Assembly (NCBI GenBank): GCA_018366195.1
Contig: JAGZIN010000001.1
Location: 16,481 to 80,480 of the forward strand
Reading direction: 5' to 3'
DNA from: Butyricicoccus pullicaecorum
Lineage (GTDB): Bacteria > Bacillota > Clostridia > Oscillospirales > Butyricicoccaceae
DNA length: 64,000 nt
Shown here one piece after another: positions 51,756-59,856 of this stretch. Each line of letters starts with the position of its first letter. Within the stretch, counting starts at the first letter, position 1. A program made the translations under genes and the position numbers. The notes under the pieces were generated by a model that did not search any database, was not told the DNA's origin, and was given only the letters and a program-made list of their open reading frames with translations.

Positions 51756-52439
51756 TTATAGCGCAGATAATGGAGCGGGCAGACCATCTTTTTGCAGACT
51801 GGCAAAGACGCAATGCAGATGCTGGAAGGAAGAAGCGAGGGAAGAAGCATACGCCTGCGGACAAGCATCGCATTGATTAAGCAAGATAGTCAGCCGTTCG
51901 GCAGGCATTTTGCTGGCAAGGATTGCGTCCTCGATACAGATACGAATGATTTGCGCATCTACGGGACGGTCTGGTGTCTGGCTCCATTCGGGGTGCAGTG
52001 TGTAGCGATGCACACATTCGGATATCGGGCGACCGAGCGCAGATAAGCCTACAACAATGATACCGTGTGTGGTATGCGGAAGAATGACCGGTTCGCTCTG
52101 TGTATGCAGCTTGAGCGGCATACGCCTTGCCCCATCTGCTTCATAGAAGATGTAGTCTGCATACTGCTCTGCAAGGGAAAGCAGGTCTGGAGATAGCGCA
52201 GACAGCTTTTTCCCATCTTGTGTTCCTGCACAGGTGATACCGGAACAGGATAATGCAGCACGAAGCGTCTCAGCCTGCGGGTCGATACACAGGCGCTCCA
52301 CATCAGGCGGGAAAAACGGCAGAATATGTGTGGTTGTGGTAACGAGCACATGCTTTGTGCGGTGATGCTCGGAAAGCATACGGAGCAGAGTGGTTTTTCC
52401 GCCTGCTCCGATGATAGCGACTTTTCGGATTGCGGACAT
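51756..52439 (-). CDS. yqeC: Selenium-dependent hydroxylase accessory protein, YqeC family
   Basis: The N-terminus MSAIRKVAIIGAGGKTTLL is a P-loop. GGAGGA RBS. Confidence 0.7.
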   Translation of the reverse strand: MSAIRKVAIIGAGGKTTLLRMLSEHHRTKHVLVTTTTHILPFFPPDVERLCIDPQAETLRAALSCSGITCAGTQDGKKLSALSPDLLSLAEQYADYIFYEADGARRMPLKLHTQSEPVILPHTTHGIIVVGLSALGRPISECVHRYTLHPEWSQTPDRPVDAQIIRICIEDAILASKMPAERLTILLNQCDACPQAYASSLASSFQHLHCVFASLQKDGLPAPLSAL

Positions 52440-52534
52440 GATGAATTCCTCCGAAATATAGAAGATTTTGGCGAAAAGAGTTGACAAGCCCACTGCACAG
52501 TCCGTATACTGAGAGAAGAGCAGGGGGGAGCGTC

Positions 52535-53344
52535 GTGGAAGAAAATCAGGAGAATGTGCGAAAAAAGAACCATTCTGCGCACAAAAAACGTCTGACAAAG
52601 GTGCAGAAAAGACGGATTTTACGTCGCCGCAGGCTGAAGATTGCGCTTGGGATTGCCGCAGTTTTCGCACTTTGTGTGGTTGGAATCTATACCACAAGGG
52701 AAACAAAAGAGCAGATTGTCAGTGCCCATCAGCTGCATACTTTTGGCTGGAACGCACCAATTTCCCATCAGCAGGTGGACGAGCTGAATCGGCTTCTGGA
52801 GCAATATCAGATTACTTCAAAAGCAAGCCTGACGATGTTTTTTGCAACCGTAGCAAGCGAAACCGATTGCGGCAGGCTGGTTCTGGAAACCGGTGGTGAT
52901 GCACATTATACAGAGCATGGTTATCGGGCAGAGGAGCGCGGTGCCGGTTATCTCCAAATCACGCACCGTCCCAAGCAGCTGGAATTTCTGAAGGCAGTAA
53001 AAGATTCCTTTCACGGCGCAGATACGGCGACCTATATTGCAGAAAATTATCCATGGGAATCTGCCTGCTGGATATGGAGTGAGGGAAAAACGTCTCCCGC
53101 TCCCAATCCCAATGAATATGCCAAAACACGCGGAAATACACCAGAGGTATTCCTTGCAACACAGTATGGAATCAATGGCTGGACCATTTCAGATGAAGCA
53201 CTGGGAAAAATTGTACAGGGAGCAGACTATACCGTCAGTGAGGACGGGAAAATGGTTACAGTAGATGGAACGTCTGCACCACTGCCGAAAAACTGGACAC
53301 AAAGGCTGGAATGGTATCAAAAAGCCAACCGTATCTGGGGATAA
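52535..53344 (+). CDS. Membrane-anchored GH19-like (lysozyme/chitinase-like, COG3179-type) protein
   Basis: Has a basic N-terminus and one transmembrane segment, then FFATVASETDCG...LETGG...GAGYLQIT, which resembles the GH19 'AQ.SHESGG ... GRG.IQLT' core. It has its own promoter, TTGACA-18-TATACT, at 52481-52510. Confidence 0.45.
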   Translation: MEENQENVRKKNHSAHKKRLTKVQKRRILRRRRLKIALGIAAVFALCVVGIYTTRETKEQIVSAHQLHTFGWNAPISHQQVDELNRLLEQYQITSKASLTMFFATVASETDCGRLVLETGGDAHYTEHGYRAEERGAGYLQITHRPKQLEFLKAVKDSFHGADTATYIAENYPWESACWIWSEGKTSPAPNPNEYAKTRGNTPEVFLATQYGINGWTISDEALGKIVQGADYTVSEDGKMVTVDGTSAPLPKNWTQRLEWYQKANRIWG

Positions 53345-53378
53345 AAAAACCGTCTTTTTCTGAAAAGACGGTTTTTTC
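53343..53378. terminator. Bidirectional terminator
   Basis: AAAAAAACCGTCTTTT ctg AAAAGACGGTTTTTT. Confidence 0.85.
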
Positions 53379-53382
53379 TGTT

Positions 53383-53721
53383 TTACGTTTCGGGCAAGAG
53401 CCAGCCGTCATCTTCGTCCCAGCCAAGAAGCACATCTCCAAGGGAAACATACCAGGTTGCATCTTCCAAAATACGGCAGATATCGGTCAGGCAGCATGTC
53501 CAGTATATATAAGATTCGGTATCATGCTCCGGCAAGTTGATGGTGCCGGAAAAAATGATTTCCGGTGTGCTGGGGTCATAGGAATACACAGTGAATGCGT
53601 CAGCTGCATCGCGGTATTCAAAATCGGACTGGTACCGTGCAATCACGATATCAATAGCCGCCGCCTCGTCCTCAGACAATGGCTCGGCGCGGAAGGCACG
53701 GTAGGACAGCACTATGGACAT
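53383..53721 (-). CDS. Hypothetical acidic 112-aa protein
   Basis: AAGGAG RBS. I recognise no family. Confidence 0.35.
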   Translation of the reverse strand: MSIVLSYRAFRAEPLSEDEAAAIDIVIARYQSDFEYRDAADAFTVYSYDPSTPEIIFSGTINLPEHDTESYIYWTCCLTDICRILEDATWYVSLGDVLLGWDEDDGWLLPET

Positions 53722-54051
53722 GGGTTTTGATGGCTCCTTTCGGTGAAACAAAAATACAAAAAGTGGTCTCGCTGTCAGCAAGCTAAGCTTACATATCATT
53801 TCCTATTATACAGAGGTTACAGAGAAATGTCAAAGAGTTTTCAAAAGCTAGAAAGAAAAATAGAATACAGCAGAGATGCAGAGCCATCAGGGTAATATAC
53901 ACTCTTTTCCTTGAAATATTGGGGTTCTATGGGGGATAGTATAACAGATTTTATAGAGATGTCAAGGAAATCGGTAATTTTATGCAAGTATGCGCGGGGG
54001 ACTTGGAACACAGAAAAACAGACCGCTGGAATGCGGTCTGTTGTAATAGAT

Positions 54052-54867
54052 TTAGGAATTGGAGGTCACGGAGGTGATGGTGGGGGTTCGCATGGATTCA
54101 TAAATTTTAATGGTTGGTGCAAGCCATACAGAGCCAGTGCCGCGATATACATTGACAAGCCCTTCTCCGCTGACAGCAGAGCCAATGAGTGTTTTGGCGC
54201 TTCGCTCAACGGTGAAGTCAAGGTTTGCAGAGCGCAGAATGGCAAAGTTTCCATCTACCTTCAGGGTATCATTTTGCAGTTCGATGATATCAATTTCGCT
54301 CATGGGAACAGAGGATTCCAGAATAATAATACCGGGGCCGGTCAGTTCCGTTTGAAACAGACTTTCTCCGCCCAGTGCAGCCGAAGAAATTGTGCGCTGG
54401 GAAACTGCACGGACGCCAACGCTGCCTTGTGCACAGTAGAACATGCCGTCATCTACGATGATGCGTTCATTGGGCGCAAGCTCCAACACAAGAAAGTGCT
54501 GAAAAGAAGGCTCTAAGACCAGCATACCGGTTCCCGTATATTCGGGCTGTGCCATCTGCTCACCAGTGACCGCGCCGCGAAGCATGCGTCCAATTGCATT
54601 GCCTGCCGTAACGCCGCTGACCATTTGTAGATTCCCTTGGAAATAACTCATGGCTCCCCGCTCGATGGTAACCTTTTCATTGTTCAGATATAAGGCAACC
54701 TGACGCGGACGGATATGTTGCTGCTCCATGAAATAGACATCTTGCGCCATATAAGGATTGGTCAGACCACATAGCTTTTCATATTCCAACACTTCAACAC
54801 GCAGTCCGCCGCTTTCAAATTCTTCCAGAACACGGACGTTTTCACGGGTACCAATTGCTTTTCGCAT
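54052..54867 (-). CDS. AIM24/DUF124 family protein
   Basis: Full-length match to the AIM24 pattern (GGESLFQTELTGPGIIILESS). Confidence 0.85.
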   Translation of the reverse strand: MRKAIGTRENVRVLEEFESGGLRVEVLEYEKLCGLTNPYMAQDVYFMEQQHIRPRQVALYLNNEKVTIERGAMSYFQGNLQMVSGVTAGNAIGRMLRGAVTGEQMAQPEYTGTGMLVLEPSFQHFLVLELAPNERIIVDDGMFYCAQGSVGVRAVSQRTISSAALGGESLFQTELTGPGIIILESSVPMSEIDIIELQNDTLKVDGNFAILRSANLDFTVERSAKTLIGSAVSGEGLVNVYRGTGSVWLAPTIKIYESMRTPTITSVTSNS

Positions 54868-54887
54868 AAATATATTCTCCTTTTTTC

Positions 54888-56297
54888 TTATTGGGGTAAG
54901 AAACCATGTGCAAATTGCCGAATGATTTCATAGGATACTGCAAGATTCAGGTTTTGTCCCTCGGTAAACCCTGATGTGACAATACCAATTAAAAAACCGT
55001 AACGGTCTAAAAGTGCACCACCGGAGCTGCCCGGTGCAGCAGGTGCGGTAAACTGAATCATTTTCGTGTGCTGAAACTGTCGGAAGCCGGAAATGATGCC
55101 GTCAGAGACGGAGTTAAACAGTCCCAGCGGACTGCCAATGGCAAAAACAGACTGCCCCCGTGCAAGGTCAGCGCCTTGATAGAGGGGGATTGGCTTTCCG
55201 TGACAGTCCGGAAGCCGCAGCAAAGCAAGGTCAAAGTCAGGGTGGTATTTCAGCAGCTCGTTGGTCGTGAAAACTGCATCGCTGTTTTCCAGATGGACGG
55301 CATAGGCATCGCCGCCCGCTACGACATGGAAATTGGTTAGAATGATACCGCCCGGGGCGAGCAGCACGCCGGAGCCGGAGGACTTTGGACTTCCGTTTGC
55401 ATCTAAGACCTCAATCATAACAACAGAGGAGGCAAAGCCTGCCAATGTTTCATAATCCAATGGGGCGTGCGCTGTACCAGCAGAGGGGGTTACGGGGGCG
55501 CGGGATACCACAGGATTTGCAGACCGCGTTGACGTCATCGTTTCCGGTCTGGACGCAGATGCCGCAGGGCGGCGGGGATGCTGTGGAATATGTAAGATTT
55601 GCCGCTTTGAAGCAATCGACGTCTGCGGTGCGGACGGCTGTGCGGGTATCGTTGGGGCAAGCCGGTGCAGCAGCGCTTGTGCGCAGTCTGGAGAGCTGGG
55701 CAGACCTTTTATTGCAGCCGCTTGCGGAAAGAGCGCCTGTGTTCCGGCTGGACGCAATACTGCAATATCGCAGCCCAAATGAAGCAGAACAGAGCATACG
55801 AGACGGATTGCTGCATCGGGTTCCCCAATCCAGATACATTTCGGAAAAACAGAAGACGAAGCGGGAAACAGAAGGGGAAGTATGGTGTCCAGTATACAGA
55901 GCAGCTGTGCAGTTTGCGCTTGGCGATTTGGCAATTCTATTTTATCCAGCGCTTGATGCAGTGCTGTATGAAGCTGTGAAGGAGAAAGAAGTGCAGATAC
56001 CTCGGGGAGTGAGAGGTTTGTATCACCTGCAAGCAGGCGCTGTGCCGCAGAGGTGAAGTGTGCCGTGCGCTCCTGTGGCGGAAGTATGTGTGCACCCATG
56101 CAGACAATACAGTGATTGCCTGTGCGGGCGCATGCACTGGAAAGTGTTTCGGCAAGCGTGTCTGGTGATTCCGGCAAACCAAGCCATTCTAAGAAATATA
56201 CGTCCTTGCAGGTATCGTGTATGCGTCCGCGGATATTTAAGAATGCAGGCAGCTGGGAAATTTGCATGGGATTTAAGCGAATGGAGAAAGTTGTCAT
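54888..56297 (-). CDS. Two-domain protein: YceG-N-terminal-like domain, Pro/Gln/Ser-rich linker, C-terminal trypsin-like (S1/DegP-type) serine protease
   Basis: The C-terminus has the His region TNFHVV, the Asp region DLALL and the catalytic-Ser region GSSGGAL. The N-terminal 230 aa align with the N-terminus of the ORF at 59857-62256 (PKCIWIGEP...LGCDIAVLRPAG vs PRILYDGDL...AGCDILLIEPAG). The ORF track's 5' extension to 56543 is low-GC and non-coding-like. Confidence 0.7.
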   Translation of the reverse strand: MTTFSIRLNPMQISQLPAFLNIRGRIHDTCKDVYFLEWLGLPESPDTLAETLSSACARTGNHCIVCMGAHILPPQERTAHFTSAAQRLLAGDTNLSLPEVSALLSPSQLHTALHQALDKIELPNRQAQTAQLLCILDTILPLLFPASSSVFPKCIWIGEPDAAIRLVCSVLLHLGCDIAVLRPAGTQALFPQAAAIKGLPSSPDCAQALLHRLAPTIPAQPSAPQTSIASKRQILHIPQHPRRPAASASRPETMTSTRSANPVVSRAPVTPSAGTAHAPLDYETLAGFASSVVMIEVLDANGSPKSSGSGVLLAPGGIILTNFHVVAGGDAYAVHLENSDAVFTTNELLKYHPDFDLALLRLPDCHGKPIPLYQGADLARGQSVFAIGSPLGLFNSVSDGIISGFRQFQHTKMIQFTAPAAPGSSGGALLDRYGFLIGIVTSGFTEGQNLNLAVSYEIIRQFAHGFLPQ

Positions 56298-56570
56298 AAG
56301 TGGGTCCTCGGTGTTGAGATTTGTCACTATTATAACACAGGTTGAAAAAAGAGAACAGAGGGGGAGCGGAAAATCAAGGCGAAAAATCAAGAAAGGTAAA
56401 ATAACAGTAAAATTTAGAAGTTTAGATTTGCAAAGAAAACGATATCTGTGATATGATAAATACAAAGCATCTATTTTTGTTGGATTTCTCCATGCAATCC
56501 TTTTTGCCGTTTTGCATGGACTTTCAGTCTGTACCGGTACCAAGATGCGAGAAAGAAGGAGAAGTTAGAT

Positions 56571-57533
56571 ATGTCACAATCGGTCTCCCCTTATGCGGTC
56601 GGGGCGCTGCTGTATACACCGGCAAATCGTGAAAATATTGCGCAGAGTGTGATAGCAGGACGTTTTGATACACCTTATTCCCTTGCACTGTGCTTGGAGG
56701 ACAGTATCTGTGATGAGGCAGTTCCGGCAGCGGAATGTCAGGTGATACAGACGCTTGAGCAGATTGCACAGGCAAAGGAGGATTTTTACAAGCCGATGAT
56801 TTTTGTTCGGGTACGTACACCGGAGCAAATTGGACGGCTCTATGCACAGATGGGGCAAGGAACCAAGGTGCTGACCGGCTTTATTGCGCCCAAATGTACG
56901 GCAGATAATCTTCCGGCATATTTGGCGCAGGTGAACACGCTTCGTGTGCATGACAACCTATATCTGATGCCGATTCTGGAAAGTGTTGATTTGGCAGAGC
57001 CGGATACAAGACAGATACAACTGAGAAAAATCAAAGAAATCTTAGATGCCAATCGGGACTGTATCCTGAATGTACGGGTCGGAGGCAATGATTTTTGCCA
57101 TATTTTTGGCTTGCGCCGTCATACCTCGGAAACGATTCATGATATTCGCTGTGTTGACCGGATTTTGAGTGATATCATTACATACTTTTCGCGCGATTAT
57201 GTGGTGTCCGGTCCGGTTTGGGAATATTTTGATGACCCCGAGGGCGCATGGAAAGCAGGACTGCTGCGAGAGGCACAAATGGGGGCACTCAACGGCTTTA
57301 TCGGAAAAACCGTGATTCACCCCAATCAAATTGCAGTGGTCAATCAGGTGCTTCAGGTCAGTGCGGAGGATTATGCAGATGCGCGTGTGATTTTAGAGAT
57401 GTCAGAAAACTCGGATTTTTTAGTTTCTAAAAGTGCTCGCGGCGGAAGAATGAACGAATATAAGACACACACCAAATGGGCACATAAGATTTGTACCCTT
57501 GCAGAAATTTATGGAGTACGGCATGAAGCTTGA
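56571..57533 (+). CDS. HpcH/HpaI aldolase / citrate-lyase-beta (CitE)-like C-C lyase
   Basis: Has the CitE-like LYTPANR motif and the TIM-barrel lyase pattern. Confidence 0.8.
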   Translation: MSQSVSPYAVGALLYTPANRENIAQSVIAGRFDTPYSLALCLEDSICDEAVPAAECQVIQTLEQIAQAKEDFYKPMIFVRVRTPEQIGRLYAQMGQGTKVLTGFIAPKCTADNLPAYLAQVNTLRVHDNLYLMPILESVDLAEPDTRQIQLRKIKEILDANRDCILNVRVGGNDFCHIFGLRRHTSETIHDIRCVDRILSDIITYFSRDYVVSGPVWEYFDDPEGAWKAGLLREAQMGALNGFIGKTVIHPNQIAVVNQVLQVSAEDYADARVILEMSENSDFLVSKSARGGRMNEYKTHTKWAHKICTLAEIYGVRHEA

Positions 57534-58659
57534 CAGAAAACAGCTTGTGCGCACGGCCGTGCGTGAAAATAATACCAAAAGACCGTATTTGCTGGTCAAT
57601 CCTTCTCAGGGAAAGCATGTTCCCGTCGCGCCACACACTGCCTTGCAGCTTTTTTCGGCGCTTGCGGAACAGGTGCAGGAGCAGGTGGGAACCACTGCGC
57701 CTGTGCTCATCATTGCATTTGCAGAGACAGCGACCGCGATTGGTGCGGCAGTTGCCGCAAAGCTCCGCAATCCGACCGTTTTCATGCAGACCACGCGAGA
57801 AGTCACAGACCCAAATCCTTATTTATGTTTTTCGGAAACGCACAGCCATGCAGCGGAACAATATATGACAAGAGACGGACTGGGACCAGCGCTTCGATGG
57901 GCAGAGCATGTGGTTTTTGTAGAAGATGAGGTCACAACGGGCAATACCATTTTGCACCTGATGAATGTGCTGAATGAACAGTATGAAACACAACAGGTGA
58001 CGTTTGGTGTTGCCTCAATCCTGAACGGCATGACAGAGGAATCCAGAGAGCGTTATGCAGCACGCGGGATTTGGACAAGATACCTTTTGCATACAGATAA
58101 TGCAGCGATGGAACGTATGCTGGAACAATATAACTGTCAGGGAGACAAATATCCGGTGTGTACTGCTTATGCGCAGGCGCCGGATATCGTGGAGATTTGG
58201 GGTATGCCGAATATCCGCTCCTGTGCGTGGCGGGCAGATGCGTATCAGCAGGCGTGTGCAGCATTGGCACAGACGATTTGTAATACCGTTCCGACAGATG
58301 CCCAAAATATTTTGGTACTTGGAACAGAGGAGTGCATGTACCCTGGCTTGTGGGCAGGATATCAACTGGAACAGCGGGGGTATACTGTGAGATTTCATGC
58401 AACCACACGCAGCCCAATCCAGCCGAGCACAGAGCCGGACTATCCGCTGCACAGCCGTTACACGCTGCAAAGCCTATATGACAGCAATCGTGTGACTTAT
58501 ATCTATGACCTTACAGCGTATGACTATATCTGCATTGTGACCGATGCACCGGAACCACAGAAAAATGGGCTTTCCAGTTTGCTGTCTGCATTGGAACAGG
58601 CTGGAAATACCAGAATGACAGTGTTTCATTGGAAGTCAGAATATTGGAGGTCAATATGA
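57523..58659 (+). CDS. Phosphoribosyltransferase-domain protein (Ter-cluster associated)
   Basis: Has the VVFVEDEVTTGNT PRPP-binding motif. Confidence 0.8.
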   Translation: MKLDRKQLVRTAVRENNTKRPYLLVNPSQGKHVPVAPHTALQLFSALAEQVQEQVGTTAPVLIIAFAETATAIGAAVAAKLRNPTVFMQTTREVTDPNPYLCFSETHSHAAEQYMTRDGLGPALRWAEHVVFVEDEVTTGNTILHLMNVLNEQYETQQVTFGVASILNGMTEESRERYAARGIWTRYLLHTDNAAMERMLEQYNCQGDKYPVCTAYAQAPDIVEIWGMPNIRSCAWRADAYQQACAALAQTICNTVPTDAQNILVLGTEECMYPGLWAGYQLEQRGYTVRFHATTRSPIQPSTEPDYPLHSRYTLQSLYDSNRVTYIYDLTAYDYICIVTDAPEPQKNGLSSLLSALEQAGNTRMTVFHWKSEYWRSI

Positions 58660-59705
58660 ACAGTAGCTATCGTACCGAAGATGTGATCTTACTTTTGAAA
58701 GATATTACAGGGCAGGTGGAGCCGATGTCCACCCAAGAACGGGAAAAACAGATTCAAGCAGGGATATCCTATTGCGAAATGCTCCCAAGAGAATATGTAC
58801 CCAGCCCGAATTATTTGGAGGCCTATCAGCAGGCACTGCGCAATGAAACCGACCGTACAGCTGCGGCAGTCCGTACCTGTGCAGAGCGTATTTATCAGGA
58901 TAAGGGAAACAAAGTTGTTTTGGTATCGTTGGCACGAGCGGGTGTGCCGATTGGTATTTTGCTCAAGTGGTATTTGCGCAGACGATATGGCATAGAAGTA
59001 CCGCATTATGGAATTTCCATCATTCGGGGACGCGGCATCGACCACAATGCAATGCGTGTGCTATTGGAACAACACGCACCGGAGAGCTTGCAGTTTGTAG
59101 ACGGCTGGATTGGAAAAGGTGCGATTTTAACCGAGTTACAGCGCGAGCTTGCTGGATATTCGGGGGTCAGTGCACAGCTTGCTGTTTTATCCGACCCGGC
59201 TGGTCTGACAGACCTGTGCGGAACCCATGAAGATTTTCTGATTCCAAGCTCCTGCCTCAATTGTACGGTATCTGGTCTCATCAGCCGCACCTTCCTGCGC
59301 AGGGATATCATTGGCGTATCGGATTTTCACGGCGCTGCCTATTATGGAGAGCTTGCAGCACAGGATCGTTCCTATGAATTTTTAGATGCGATTGCAGCAC
59401 GCTTTGAGAACGCTCCCAAACTGCCGGAGATTTCGCTGATACAGAGCGGACTGGAGGAAACAGAGCAAATCGCAAGGCACTTTGGAATCGAAGATATCAA
59501 TTTGGTAAAGCCGGGAATCGGTGAGGCGACACGTGTGCTGCTGCGCCGCCTGCCATGGAAAATGCTTGTGCGGGAGGATATGCAGCAGGATCCTGCTTTG
59601 GCACATCTTTATCAGCTTGCACGGGAAAAGGGGGTTGCGGTGGAACCGTATCCGCTGCAAAATTACAAGGCATGCGGAATCATTCAGCAGCTGCGAGATG
59701 TATAA
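58656..59705 (+). CDS. StiP-family (PELOTA/PRTase-like) protein
   Basis: The ATG overlaps the preceding stop (ATATGA). My assignment to the StiP family is from memory of TerD-associated clusters, at moderate confidence. Confidence 0.6.
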   Translation: MNSSYRTEDVILLLKDITGQVEPMSTQEREKQIQAGISYCEMLPREYVPSPNYLEAYQQALRNETDRTAAAVRTCAERIYQDKGNKVVLVSLARAGVPIGILLKWYLRRRYGIEVPHYGISIIRGRGIDHNAMRVLLEQHAPESLQFVDGWIGKGAILTELQRELAGYSGVSAQLAVLSDPAGLTDLCGTHEDFLIPSSCLNCTVSGLISRTFLRRDIIGVSDFHGAAYYGELAAQDRSYEFLDAIAARFENAPKLPEISLIQSGLEETEQIARHFGIEDINLVKPGIGEATRVLLRRLPWKMLVREDMQQDPALAHLYQLAREKGVAVEPYPLQNYKACGIIQQLRDV

Positions 59706-59856
59706 GAATATTGTCAAATATTTACAAACTGTAAACATTTGAAATGCCCCCATGCCATGTATTGAAAAACGACGATAAAAATGATAAAGTGATAGTATCA
59801 TTTGACATGTTACTGAATGAAAGTGAAATCATAGGGTAAGGTCAGGGGCTTAGATT

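Noticed and set aside
53911-54516. 201-aa plus-strand ORF overlapping AIM24 antisense
   Set aside because: It is entirely antisense to a full-length AIM24 match and begins inside the AT-rich terminator region, so it is likely spurious.
56298-56543. 5' extension of the protease ORF to 551 aa (MVPVQ...FLCKSKLLNFTVILPFLIF...)
   Set aside because: The extension runs through a low-GC, low-complexity intergenic sequence. The conserved domain begins at the ATG at 56297.
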